NCBI GenBank assembly: GCA_965228855.1
Contig: CBDDIJ010000002.1
Location: 1,312,001-1,376,000, forward strand
From: Candidatus Obscuribacterales bacterium
Lineage (GTDB): Bacteria > Cyanobacteriota > Vampirovibrionia > Obscuribacterales > Obscuribacteraceae
Reading direction: 5' to 3'
Length of the DNA stretch: 64,000 bases
Shown here: one piece after another, positions 1 to 9,927 of the stretch
How positions within the stretch are numbered: the stretch's first letter is position 1
Layout: every line of letters starts with the position of its first letter
The notes under the pieces: model-generated
What the model was told of the DNA's origin: nothing
Database searches by the model: none
What the model saw: the letters and a program-made list of their open reading frames with translations, nothing else
Position numbers and translations under genes: made by a program

Positions 1-2
1 CT

Positions 3-662
3 CGTGAGTCGATTAGCAGAATGAAATATGTTTCTTCCTTAGGAGGGGCGCATGTTGAGGTGCCACCAATTGCGGTGATGGGGTTGGGCTGCGGAGTTGC
101 AGCGTGTCTGGCGAAAGCCGGTCAGAAATTGGTCTTTTACGAAATCAATCCGCAAGTCGTTGAGGTTGCCGAGAATCCGTTCTTCTTCACCTACATCTAT
201 GAGGCGAGGAAGCGAAAGGCTAATATCAAGGTCGTTACAGGCGATGCCAGGATTTCGCTGCAAGGCGCGAACTATGGCGCTTATCGATTGATAATTGGCG
301 ACGCCTTCAGCGGAAGTTTCATTCCCACGCACTTGTTGACGGTCGAGGCACTCCGAATGTACCTCAAAAAGCTTCATCCGAATGGCGTTATGGCTTTCAA
401 CGTAACCGGCTATTTCGACCTGAAGCGAGTTCTGGTTCGCGCGGCTGCTGAGCTGGGCTTAAGCGCTCTGGTGATTCGAGAATACGATCGAACCTCGGAC
501 GAGCGCGATTATATTGAGTGGGTAATGCTCGTGAAAAGTGCGAGGTTTGCCGAATCCCTGCGAAAACAAGGGTGGGTTGACGTTAAGCCTGAGGCCGATT
601 TCCAACTCTGGACAGACGACTATTCCAACCCGCTGAAGGTTTTAAAGGAAAGATTCTCCTGA
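3..662 (+). CDS. Spermidine-synthase-like class I SAM-dependent transferase, C-terminal part (5' end probably outside window)
   Basis: Motifs VMGLGCG, YEINPQV, GDAR, GDAFSGSFIPTHLLTxEA and WTDDYSN; the frame is open from position 3 to the ATG at 21. Confidence 0.8.
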   Translation, partial: RESISRMKYVSSLGGAHVEVPPIAVMGLGCGVAACLAKAGQKLVFYEINPQVVEVAENPFFFTYIYEARKRKANIKVVTGDARISLQGANYGAYRLIIGDAFSGSFIPTHLLTVEALRMYLKKLHPNGVMAFNVTGYFDLKRVLVRAAAELGLSALVIREYDRTSDERDYIEWVMLVKSARFAESLRKQGWVDVKPEADFQLWTDDYSNPLKVLKERFS

Positions 663-679
663 CCGGAGTTCCGGCTTGG

Positions 680-2752
680 TTACTTGAGCCCAATATAACC
701 GCTCTCTACCTGTGATGGCGCTGACTCTTTGTAGATATCTAGAACGCGACGGAATCTGATATCCGAGGTGGTACCATCTCCGGTACCGCCCGAACTGTAG
801 CTCTTGTAAGTCAGTCGAGGACCGCCACCCGTGTCGTCGTACTTTTCGTACAGAGCCGGATTCGGGTCTATAGTCGCCGGTGCAGATTGCGGGAAATCCT
901 GTCTGCCGATGATGGCAGGTGGCACGCCTTGTGTACCGGTGTTGATGCCACTAGAGTCTTTGCCTTTACTCTTATTCTTCCAGCCGTTCATATTGCCATG
1001 CGCACCTCGGCCGGACATCACGATGCTGTCGACGGTCGCAGCTCCGCGGTTGCCAGATAGTTTCACTGACGCAGGCTTTTGAGTGACGAGCCAGATGTTG
1101 TCCATCGGTTCTCCTGCGTGTCTGCCACCATTCATGGTGCCCGGGCGGCGCGAGTAGAGTCTAATGTACATGTCGTAAGCGGGTCCTAAAACAACGACAC
1201 CATCATCGACTGCGTTGACCGGCGGTCCCAGTGCCAAGCCGCTAAGTTCTATCTGCTCAGCGACTACGTGACCATCGTCGATAGCGCGGAAGCATTCCAT
1301 GTAGGTTTGATTCTCTGCGACAACATAATAGGGCTGCGGTTTCTGTTCTTTCACATCGTAAGAGACGACACCGTCGGAATCGAAGAAATACATATGGCAG
1401 ATACCGCGTGGGACACTGCCGGCAATGGGCGCTCCAATTGGGACAAGCGCCGAGAGCGACAGAGGCGCCTGGGTCACTTCTTTGAAAGGCGTCGCGTGCA
1501 TGCCGATGACTGATGTCACATTTGCCTTTGTTCCTGCTCGTTTCAACCAGTCGTACACTGCGATTTTACAGGCCGTCGCTGCTGTCTGGGTTGTATCTGA
1601 AGGAACAGGCCAGGAGCCATTATCCGCGGCGATAGAGCTGCCGGTGGTTACTGGGAAATCGCCACCATTGGCGGTGTACATATCGACACCAACCCCGCTA
1701 GCGGCCATGTTGTTTGATGCAGCGCCGTAGAGGTCACGTGGTCTGGTAATGTCTTCAGGTCCGGTTGGCATGCCGTCGGGAAAGCTTATTTGAAGCGCAC
1801 CTGGAACAGGTTTTGGATCCCAAACATTGGAAGGTTGGGCGCAGGCTACTGCTTTCAATGTGTGTGTGCGATCAGGATCTTGCACTGTCTCCAGCGCTTC
1901 TGCGCGCACGACTGTGCGATAGTAGTACGGCAGACCGGTGAGCGTCGCGCGCCATAAAGCTGGATCGACCAACCGAACCGAGTCTCCGATTGCGGCAAAC
2001 ACAAAGTCCTGGCCATCAAATGGATAAGATGTATAGGACTTATAGTAAGTTTCGTTGATCCAGTTACCGCTGAAGTGGTCGTACGTTCTTGCTACTATCG
2101 TGTTTGAAGTGTCCAGGCTTGGATCGCTGGAAAGCGGTTTTGGTACTGGAATATTCGTTGCGGCGCCGTTGGCAAGGGCCCCAATTGTAATCTGCATAGA
2201 GCCGGTTACATAGTCGCACTTGCCGGCAATCCTGATGACGTTTTGAGTGTAGGCATCTTCGGCCGCTGTGTATGGTGTCACATCTGCACCATTCTTGTCT
2301 TGCGCCACACCACCCGGTAGTACTGCGGCGTCGATGCGATCGATCAACTCATCTGCACGTGTCTTGGCGGCGGCAAGATCTCTGAGAGCCAGTTCTTTAA
2401 ACTCGTCTCCATCGGAGCCGAGGGCATCCGCGATGATGTAGTCCAGGCGGGCTGTGCCAATAAGAGTGTTTATTGAGTGGACAGGTGTTCTGAAGGTGTC
2501 ACCTGCAGTTGTGCCGCTTCCATTCGGTGCAGAATCGGAGAGTCCAATGAAGCCGAACTCGGGTGTGTTTATGACGATTTTGCTGATCTCACGGGCGGCT
2601 GCAAGCGCGGCAGCCTCGATGGCAGTTTTCTGTTCGGAACTTGTTCCAAGGAGTCTGACGTACCCCAACGCGAACAACAGAATTATCACCATTAGAATAC
2701 AGAATGCGCCGATCAGCGCCAGCATATTCCCGCGTCTTGACCGTCTTGCCAT
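680..2752 (-). CDS. TadE/TadG-like Flp pilus-associated protein (690 aa)
   Basis: Prepilin-like leader RRSRRG|NMLAL, then a hydrophobic helix and EAAALAAA (Tad-domain signature), then a large Gly/Thr/Asp-rich domain. Confidence 0.6.
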   Translation of the reverse strand: MARRSRRGNMLALIGAFCILMVIILLFALGYVRLLGTSSEQKTAIEAAALAAAREISKIVINTPEFGFIGLSDSAPNGSGTTAGDTFRTPVHSINTLIGTARLDYIIADALGSDGDEFKELALRDLAAAKTRADELIDRIDAAVLPGGVAQDKNGADVTPYTAAEDAYTQNVIRIAGKCDYVTGSMQITIGALANGAATNIPVPKPLSSDPSLDTSNTIVARTYDHFSGNWINETYYKSYTSYPFDGQDFVFAAIGDSVRLVDPALWRATLTGLPYYYRTVVRAEALETVQDPDRTHTLKAVACAQPSNVWDPKPVPGALQISFPDGMPTGPEDITRPRDLYGAASNNMAASGVGVDMYTANGGDFPVTTGSSIAADNGSWPVPSDTTQTAATACKIAVYDWLKRAGTKANVTSVIGMHATPFKEVTQAPLSLSALVPIGAPIAGSVPRGICHMYFFDSDGVVSYDVKEQKPQPYYVVAENQTYMECFRAIDDGHVVAEQIELSGLALGPPVNAVDDGVVVLGPAYDMYIRLYSRRPGTMNGGRHAGEPMDNIWLVTQKPASVKLSGNRGAATVDSIVMSGRGAHGNMNGWKNKSKGKDSSGINTGTQGVPPAIIGRQDFPQSAPATIDPNPALYEKYDDTGGGPRLTYKSYSSGGTGDGTTSDIRFRRVLDIYKESAPSQVESGYIGLK

Positions 2753-2920
2753 GGTCTTTTCTCCAACTGCCTAACTCTGGAAACCGGGACACTTTTTTGC
2801 ATCAATTAATATAGAGCTTTCTCCATACTATCTTCCCTGTAACCGGACCGTCAACACGCCGCGCTTTGGCGGGCTTGCTGGCCCATGTATGCGCCCTTTG
2901 AACGGAGAGGTACCGCGACA

Positions 2921-3877
2921 TCACAGCGCGCGGAAATATTGTTGTGCATGGTTCGCGTCGGTGGATTTTATCCAGATAATCGGTATTTGTTTGTCATTAT
3001 TATCATCAGACAATCGAGAAGCGCGATTCGCCTTCCATGCGTTGCTGAGGATCTTGCTGGGCACAGGTGAAATGAACGTGCCGGATTCGCTTTGTACTTT
3101 ACCGAGGGCACTTTTGTAAAGTGCTGCTGCTTCTTTGTACTTTCGTTGGAGATACAAGACATTAGCAGCGTTGTTTATGCTGGCGGCTTTCTCAAATTTT
3201 GAGAGTTTGCTATCGCTTGCCAGATTCACGAGAGCTTCCCTTGCCTGCTCCATCTGTTGATTGTCTGGTTGGTTTGCGCAACTCATGGCGATGGCAGTTG
3301 CTGACGAATGCTTTATTTCCCACTCAGGATCTACTTTGACCGCAACCGTTTTCCAGGTTCCTGAATTGTCTTCATACAGGTTGGCTTTCTGTTGCTTTAT
3401 TGTTCTTCTACTCGATGTCTTGCCGGATTGTTCGTCCGATGATGTTTTGTCTTCGTTTAAACCTTCATCTTTCTCGGGTGGATGTTCCCTCTTGAAGTTA
3501 TCGATCGCTGATCTGCGCTCTTGATAAAACTGATCGACGTCCGCTTGTGTTAGTCCGAACGATTCGAAATACTTGACTCTGGTCAAGTCTACTTCTTGAC
3601 CCATGAGGTGATAGACCCCGCCCCCTATTTCTCCGACGACCTTGTATTTTCCGCCGACCTTTTCCAGGACTAGCGCTGCGTCGTGCGGACCTATCGCATA
3701 GGTCCGGTCAGTGCCGCCACCAAGCGTGCCCATCACTGTCATGTTGATGGGTGGCGGTGAGTCATTCGTGCTGGCATCCGCGATAGCGGGACTTGATTGT
3801 AATGCCAATAGGAGGAGCATACTGCAGGCGCTGCAGTATGCTTCTTGTGTGGCGTAGGAATAGTTTTTACTCTTCAT
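2921..3877 (-). CDS. Secreted hypothetical protein with a C-terminal TPR-like helix pair
   Basis: Signal-like LLLLALQSSPAIA; AASINNAANVLYLQRKYKEAAALYKSAL is TPR-like. Confidence 0.6.
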   Translation of the reverse strand: MKSKNYSYATQEAYCSACSMLLLLALQSSPAIADASTNDSPPPINMTVMGTLGGGTDRTYAIGPHDAALVLEKVGGKYKVVGEIGGGVYHLMGQEVDLTRVKYFESFGLTQADVDQFYQERRSAIDNFKREHPPEKDEGLNEDKTSSDEQSGKTSSRRTIKQQKANLYEDNSGTWKTVAVKVDPEWEIKHSSATAIAMSCANQPDNQQMEQAREALVNLASDSKLSKFEKAASINNAANVLYLQRKYKEAAALYKSALGKVQSESGTFISPVPSKILSNAWKANRASRLSDDNNDKQIPIIWIKSTDANHAQQYFRAL

Positions 3878-4035
3878 TCAGCAACAGAAACATCAGCGTG
3901 GCAGGCTCCCTGCAATCAACGACGGCCATGGGCTTGATTGCATTGTATCTGTTGCAGAACTGGAAAGATTACGGTGAAAACCCTGGATCTTAATCTAAGA
4001 CGAAAGCAGCGGTCAGGGGCGAATACAGGATAAAG

Positions 4036-4557
4036 TTAGAGGCGCGTGCAGGCGCACCATATGCAGTGCACGTTTCTATTTGGGAAGTCCATTAAAACCA
4101 TCTCTCCAATCTTTTGTGGCTCAAAGCAATGGACGCAGTCTCTGTCTTCTGAAAGGCTGACTGCGAAGCGCTCTTCTCCATTCGGTGAACAACAGCGAGC
4201 CGTGGTCTCAAGAAATTCCTTTACGGATTTAGATGTTTCCGGAGCTGTAGAAATGTCGCGCATCAATCTCCAGTACTCGTTCACCACATGCGGTGCGAGT
4301 GGTCTTGCCATACTGTTGATTGTTCTTAAGCGTTGGATAACGCCTCGATAAGAGTCGAAGTGAAGAAGCTGACCGTTAGTGCTGTTCGGTTGAACCTGCA
4401 AGCGCTTCTCTATGCATCTGGCACATCTTTTATTGCGACTAATCGGGTCGAATTCAATTTGCTCTCCAGCAATAAATCCACGACCACACTTGCAGACGCC
4501 ACGATGTCTCGCGAACATCAGCTTTGGTGTCGGAGCGGTATTGGTCCGCTGTCTCAT
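4036..4557 (-). CDS. Hypothetical protein with two 4-Cys zinc-finger-like repeats
   Basis: CKC-x6-GE-x4-D-x3-RN-x2-CARC and CVHC-x6-GE-x4-D-x3-RN-x2-CIWC. Confidence 0.7.
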   Translation of the reverse strand: MRQRTNTAPTPKLMFARHRGVCKCGRGFIAGEQIEFDPISRNKRCARCIEKRLQVQPNSTNGQLLHFDSYRGVIQRLRTINSMARPLAPHVVNEYWRLMRDISTAPETSKSVKEFLETTARCCSPNGEERFAVSLSEDRDCVHCFEPQKIGEMVLMDFPNRNVHCIWCACTRL

Positions 4558-4667
4558 TATTCAGCACCTCATCAGTCGGGGGAGCGGTCAGCGGGGCGTC
4601 TTCTTCGTCGCCGTCGTTTTCACTACAAAGCTGACCTCGTTTTGATGCAATCATTATTTCAATCGCG

Positions 4668-4747
4668 ACTGCGAAATATACGCAGTCGCAAAATCGTGAA
4701 GATTCTTTTCCTGTGGGGCTGAAACGGAACTGCAAAATATCTGCAGT
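4668..4747. promoter_or_regulatory. Twin palindromic operator-like sites ACTGCR-N7-YGCAGT
   Basis: actgcg-aaatata-cgcagt (4668-4686) and actgca-aaatatc-tgcagt (4729-4747), 61 bp apart, upstream of the zinc-finger gene. Confidence 0.55.
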
Positions 4748-4897
4748 CGAAGTTTTCAAACCAATGCGAAAGCGCATTTTGGCTACTTCGGTTTAAACGC
4801 GTTGCGAGTTTTACCTTCCGTAGTTAAACAACGCATCTGGTGTTAGCCAGCGAATAGCCCTTGCCGGATCTCGTTTACTTACAGTTGTCGAACTCGA

Positions 4898-6385
4898 TTA
4901 TGCTTTTTCCCAGGTCGTCTGACCGGCTGTATCCATAAGGCTTACGCCCGCGTCGGTCAAGCGCTGCCGGATGAGATCCGAAGTTGCGTAGTCTTTGTTC
5001 GAGCGAGCGTTCTGTCTAAGCTCAACTACTAGATTGACGATTTGCTCCACAGTGTGCGAATCAATTTGCTTTCTCGTATCTACTAGAGTAAGGCCGAGCA
5101 AGCGTGCGAATTGAACCAGTACGGTTGCATACCCCTGGCGTTTAGCTTCGTCTTTCTCTACGAATACCTTGTCTGCCAGAGCGAACAGCTGTGAAATGGC
5201 GACTGCTGTGTTGAAGTCGTTATCCATTGCTTCGATGAATGCTGCTCTGAACTGCTTGGTAGTTTCATCCTTTACCGGGTCGAGTGATTCGGCCGTTGCT
5301 TTTGAAATTTGATTTTTCGTTTGTTCAAGCAAAGCCTGACCGGTTGTCTCAAAACTTTTTCCGTTTTGCGAATTGACCGCAAAAGCAGCTGCACGCAAAA
5401 TGCGTCCTAACGCGGTTCTCGATGCGGTCAAAGCCTCGATTGAAAACTCAATCGGGTTGCGATAGTGGGTTTGAAGTGCGAAGAGGCGAATAGTATCCGG
5501 CGAGAATTTCGCTAGCAATTCCTGAATCGTCGAGAAGTTTCCTTCCGATTTAGACATCTTTTCTGAATTGACTTGCACAAAACTATTATGGAGCCAGTAC
5601 TTGGACATGGGCTTGCCATGCAGGGCTTCTGACTGCGCAATTTCGTTTTCGTGATGCGGAAAGACCAGATCTTCTCCACCTGCGTGAATGTCAAAGGTCT
5701 CTCCTAGAACGTGTTTGGTCATCGTGGAGCATTCGAGGTGCCAACCGGGACGACCTTGTCCCCATGGGCTTGACCACGCAAGTTCCCCGTCCTTTGCGCT
5801 TTTCCACAGAGCGAAATCGGCAGGGCTTTTCTTTTTGTCTGCAAGATCTTCTTGAGAGCGAACTTGATCGCGAGCTCCGACAAGCAGATCTTCGAGCGAT
5901 TTCTTGCCGAGTTTGCCATATTCTTTGAAACTGGCGACATCGAAGTAGACATCTCCGGCGCTCTCGTAAGCATGACCTTTTTCGATAAGCTCTCTGGTGA
6001 ACTGAATCATCAGCTCGATGAATTCGGTGGCTTTAGGCTCATAGTCAGGCGGCTGCACGTTTAAGCAATGCATGTCGTGCCAGAACGTGTACGTATATTC
6101 GCGTGCGACCTGCTCTGGGGTTTTCCCGAGCGCTTTGGCGCGATTGATGATCTTGTCGTCAACATCGGTGATGTTGCGCACATAAGTCACATCATAGCCG
6201 GAGAAACGGAGGTAGCGCTGGACCACGTCGTAAACCATGGTCATGCGAGCGTGTCCGAGGTGGCTCATATCGTAGACGGTCGGACCGCAGGCGTACATCA
6301 TCACCTTATTTCCGTTCAACGGAACAAATGGTTCTTTCTTGCCTGTCAGAGTGTTGTGGACGTTGATACTATGCATGGGAATCAC
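4898..6385 (-). CDS. cysS: Cysteine--tRNA ligase
   Basis: MYACGPTVY, HLGH (HIGH), GRPGWHLECS, DLVFPHHENE, KMSKS. Confidence 0.98.
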   Translation of the reverse strand: MIPMHSINVHNTLTGKKEPFVPLNGNKVMMYACGPTVYDMSHLGHARMTMVYDVVQRYLRFSGYDVTYVRNITDVDDKIINRAKALGKTPEQVAREYTYTFWHDMHCLNVQPPDYEPKATEFIELMIQFTRELIEKGHAYESAGDVYFDVASFKEYGKLGKKSLEDLLVGARDQVRSQEDLADKKKSPADFALWKSAKDGELAWSSPWGQGRPGWHLECSTMTKHVLGETFDIHAGGEDLVFPHHENEIAQSEALHGKPMSKYWLHNSFVQVNSEKMSKSEGNFSTIQELLAKFSPDTIRLFALQTHYRNPIEFSIEALTASRTALGRILRAAAFAVNSQNGKSFETTGQALLEQTKNQISKATAESLDPVKDETTKQFRAAFIEAMDNDFNTAVAISQLFALADKVFVEKDEAKRQGYATVLVQFARLLGLTLVDTRKQIDSHTVEQIVNLVVELRQNARSNKDYATSDLIRQRLTDAGVSLMDTAGQTTWEKA

Positions 6386-6443
6386 CGTATGTAGTGGCGC
6401 GCGGAAAGCCGCCCGTAAAGGTTCAAACGAATCTTAGACGCTT

Positions 6444-7919
6444 CTACACATGGCCCCCATTGCCTCCGTTCTTCAACGCTTTTTCCAGGCGTGCCTGAAC
6501 TTTTGTCGGTCCGAGCACTGACATGATCGAACCGAGATCCGGTCCGGATGTGGTTCCAGACAGAGCCGCCCGCAATGGCCAGTACAAATTTTTGCCCTTG
6601 ATGCCGAGTTCTTTACCCATTGAATCAACTGCAGCTTTAACAGCTTTAGGATCTTCAAAAGGCAGCTTGCCTAGTTGTGTAAGCGTTTCACCCAACACCT
6701 TTTTCGCATCATCGCTCGATAGCGCGGCTTCTTTTACATCGGCAGGAACGTCGATGGTTTGTCCAAAGTAGAAGGCTGTCGCTGCCTTGACTTCGCTGAG
6801 TTTGGTCAATCCGTCCCGCACGGCGCCTACCAGCTTCTCCAGCGCGTCATTGGAAACGTCCGACAAATCGTAATCAGTGAGAAATGCGCGTGCGCGCTCC
6901 GTCACCGTCGATAGTGGCAGGCTTCGTATGTACTGCGCGTTGTACCAGTTCAACTTGTCCATATCGAAGCGAGCGTGCGTCTTGCTGACGCGCTTGATGT
7001 CAAACATCTCGCCTGCTTCTTCGAGAGTAAAGATTTCGAGCTTGTCGTCAGGCGGAGTGAAGCTTGTTTTGATCAAGTAATTGACGATCGCTTCGGGCAT
7101 GTAACCCTGATGTTTGTAATAGTCGATGTGGACCAGCTCACCGTGCTCGCGCTTCGACAATTTTCGATCGTTAGTATCGAAAATCAGACCGGTGTGGGCG
7201 AAGTGAGGAGGCTTAATTCCAAGTGCTTCGAAAATGAGAAGCTGCTTTGCCGTGTTGTGAATGTGGTCTTCTCCACGGATTACATCCGTCATGTGCATAT
7301 CGATGTCATCGATGACCACAGCAAAGTTGTAGGTCGCGACGCCATTCGACTTGATGATGACCATGTCGCCGCCGAGATCGGCGCTGTTTACCGTTATGGG
7401 ACCTTTTATCTGGTCGTCCCAGCGGATGTCTTGAGGCTCTTCGATGCGAAAACGAAATGACGGCAGCCTGCCTTCAGCCTCGTATTTCTCGCGCTGCTCA
7501 ATAGTCAGATCGCGACCGCGATTGTCGTAACGCGGAGGTTTTCCTGTGACACGCTGCTCTTCTTTCAACGCAGCCAGCTCCTCTGCTGATGCGTAGCAAA
7601 GGTAAGCAAAACCGCTCGAGAGCAGCTTGTCGGCCATGGCTTCGTAGTGGTCGATCTTCTCGGTTTGTCTGTAGGGCGGATAAGGTCCACCTATGTCACA
7701 ACCCTCGTCCCACGACAGTCCAAGCCATTTCAGGCCGTCAATGATATCTTTCGTGTATTTCTCGTCCGAGCGCTCGTTATCCGTGTCTTCCAGGCGGAAA
7801 ATAAACTTGCCTTTTTGTTTTTTAGCGTAAAGGTAGTTGTAGAGAGCCGTCCTGGCAGTGCCAAGATGGAGGTTGCCCGTAGGAGACGGGGCGATTCGAA
7901 CTCTGGTTTCTGTGCTCAC
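6444..7919 (-). CDS. gltX: Glutamate--tRNA ligase
   Basis: RIAPSPTGNLHLGT, RLEDTD, VIRGEDH, KLSKR, PLRAALSG. Confidence 0.97.
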   Translation of the reverse strand: MSTETRVRIAPSPTGNLHLGTARTALYNYLYAKKQKGKFIFRLEDTDNERSDEKYTKDIIDGLKWLGLSWDEGCDIGGPYPPYRQTEKIDHYEAMADKLLSSGFAYLCYASAEELAALKEEQRVTGKPPRYDNRGRDLTIEQREKYEAEGRLPSFRFRIEEPQDIRWDDQIKGPITVNSADLGGDMVIIKSNGVATYNFAVVIDDIDMHMTDVIRGEDHIHNTAKQLLIFEALGIKPPHFAHTGLIFDTNDRKLSKREHGELVHIDYYKHQGYMPEAIVNYLIKTSFTPPDDKLEIFTLEEAGEMFDIKRVSKTHARFDMDKLNWYNAQYIRSLPLSTVTERARAFLTDYDLSDVSNDALEKLVGAVRDGLTKLSEVKAATAFYFGQTIDVPADVKEAALSSDDAKKVLGETLTQLGKLPFEDPKAVKAAVDSMGKELGIKGKNLYWPLRAALSGTTSGPDLGSIMSVLGPTKVQARLEKALKNGGNGGHV

Positions 7920-8309
7920 AGTGAAAACCCGTGTAATGCAGTAAACAGGGGCTCATAGGCCCACGGGGGATCGTGATTCTAACAGATAGCCGAAGAACTG
8001 ACTCTTTTGATACTGTCAAGAGTTGAGCGATATTAAGTCAATGCAATCTTTGAGGCGGGGAATTCGGTGTAATCGGAGTTCCGGGGCACGTGTCTTGACA
8101 GGGGTGCGTAAATGCGCAGAATCCGTGCGCAAACTGCCCTGTATGACCTGGACGCTTTCGATAAACTGAAAACGGTCCGCAGTGTTGGCGTTTTGATTTC
8201 GACCCAGCGCCTTTCACTCAATCTGTTCACTTCAAACCAAGTTTGCAAGGCTTACCTGATGTTGGTGTCTGCTATGCAGAGCCGATTTCGCTATGTAAAG
8301 GAGCGCTTT

Positions 8310-8855
8310 ATGACAGCCGAAAAGTTTGAACATGACACTGCTGGTGATATCAGCGTGAACGACGATGTCTCTCGTCGCTTGTTCTCGGAGAGTTACGCCG
8401 CCGTTGAATCCACCAGCAGTGACATTGCCCAATCAAGTTCCATAGAAAAAACAGGCATCACGGCGGGAATGCTCAAAGACGCGTCGGGCGGAAAACTATC
8501 TGAGGACGCGAAAAAACTGCTTGAGGAGCACTTCGCTGGAAGTGATGTTCATAATGACATTACAAAGTTCAACACTGAACTATCGAGGGTTGGAAGTGAG
8601 TATCGGATGATGTCTGAAAGTGTCACCAGAGGTACGGTTAACAAGCGCATACTCGCCGAGGACACGGCTGTCGCTCTTGTTAAAGCAGGCGAGAGTCCGA
8701 AAGCTTTGTTGATGGACCTTTTGCAAAGCGGTACCCAAAGCCAGTATCGTGACAGGGGCCTGGTCGTGCAAAGAGAATTGCAGATTCCAAAGCCGTCTCG
8801 CCTGGGCCGACCAGTGACGGATTTGCATGAGTTTCTCAAAACCTTCGATGACTGA
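8310..8855 (+). CDS. Hypothetical protein
   Basis: Open frame 8112-8855; AAGGAG ribosome-binding site before the ATG at 8310; no family recognised. Confidence 0.55.
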   Translation: MTAEKFEHDTAGDISVNDDVSRRLFSESYAAVESTSSDIAQSSSIEKTGITAGMLKDASGGKLSEDAKKLLEEHFAGSDVHNDITKFNTELSRVGSEYRMMSESVTRGTVNKRILAEDTAVALVKAGESPKALLMDLLQSGTQSQYRDRGLVVQRELQIPKPSRLGRPVTDLHEFLKTFDD

Positions 8856-9115
8856 GATCGCATTCTTGGACAATTGCGCTTCCGAATGCAGCTAAATGCA
8901 GTCGAGCTATGCGTTTCCGCTGATCTGATCGGACGAGCTGACACTCATAGCCGCCAGCGTCAATGCTATGTCGAGAGTATGCAGCGAGACCGAGTTCACC
9001 AAAGGCGTCTCTCGTCGCGATAGAGGCATGTCGGCCAGGGGGTCGAGCCTCCTCCTGGGGGAAGCTGCTCCGGACCGTATACGAGGTCCGCGGCGCTGGC
9101 ATAACTTGCGTGGGT
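8855..9115. ncRNA. Candidate structured RNA or repeat element of unknown family
   Basis: Nested helices: gccagcgtc/ggcgctggc (8953-8961/9092-9100), gcagc/gctgc, gagac/gtctc, gaggc-tcggcc/ggtcga-gcctc, cggacc/ggtccg; four-way junction at 8855-8926. Confidence 0.3.
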
Positions 9116-9927
9116 TATTGGAGAACAAAAACATCCACCATTGCAACGCCTGAGGAGACCATATTCAACTGCTTCGCAGCACCGTGCGAAAGGTCTATCA
9201 CGCGATTGTCTTTGTAGGGACCACGGTCATTCACCTTGACTACGCAGGACTTTCCGGTGCTGCGGTTGGTGACGAGCAACTTGGTTCCGAACGGCAACGT
9301 TCGGTGAGCCGCCGTCATAGCTTCTTGATCGAAACGCTCACCATTGCTGGTTCTTCGACCGTGGAAATTCGGTCCGTACCATGAAGCACGTCCGGAGAAG
9401 CTATCGTCTCCACTCATATTTGCTAGTCGTCCGGAAGCTGCCGCTTCGGCGTAATTGTTGATAGCATCAGACATCTTGGCTATGCCGACCGCGCATCTCA
9501 ATGCGTTGATCACCTGCATACTCGATTTCACAGCAATCTTTCCGGCTTCTTCGCTGTCTGATGCCGATGTTGGCGGAGCGAATTTCAATATCGTCTTGCC
9601 ATTGAATTTGATCGCTGCGTAATTTCCTTCACGTGCAGGAAGAAATTGCTCGATTGCATCTTTCTCGTCATCGAGAATCTCTTCGATGTTTTCCGCGAGT
9701 TTTTCTGCTCGATCTTCTGCACTGTCGCCATCGATTTCTCCTCGATAGCTGATGATCTCTTCACCATTGATGGTGACAGAGGCGCACTCCTCGCCGTTCT
9801 CCTCGTATGTGGAAGAAACGACTTCAGGTGCGAGGTATGTTCCTGCTGCTTGTGCCGGAAGCGCAAACGCGCTCACCAAGCCCAGGGCAACTATTGAACT
9901 GTATAAGTATTGTTTCCGATTGATCAC
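9115..9927 (-). CDS. rlpA: Septal ring lytic transglycosylase RlpA family protein
   Basis: Signal peptide; C-terminal DPBB motifs GRASWYG, TSNGERFD, TAAHRTLPFGT, VNDRGPY, IDLSHGAA. Confidence 0.92.
   Translation of the reverse strand: MINRKQYLYSSIVALGLVSAFALPAQAAGTYLAPEVVSSTYEENGEECASVTINGEEIISYRGEIDGDSAEDRAEKLAENIEEILDDEKDAIEQFLPAREGNYAAIKFNGKTILKFAPPTSASDSEEAGKIAVKSSMQVINALRCAVGIAKMSDAINNYAEAAASGRLANMSGDDSFSGRASWYGPNFHGRRTSNGERFDQEAMTAAHRTLPFGTKLLVTNRSTGKSCVVKVNDRGPYKDNRVIDLSHGAAKQLNMVSSGVAMVDVFVLQ

Noticed and set aside
9060..9100. Minus-strand ggtccggagcagc resembling SRP RNA, and agcgcc..ggacc resembling the glmS ribozyme start
   Set aside because: Lacks the SRP GGAA tetraloop context and the glmS core; no glmS gene downstream
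8836..9217. Several 60-90 aa ORFs in the gap before the rlpA 3' end
   Set aside because: Mutually overlapping, no clear RBS and no protein-like motif
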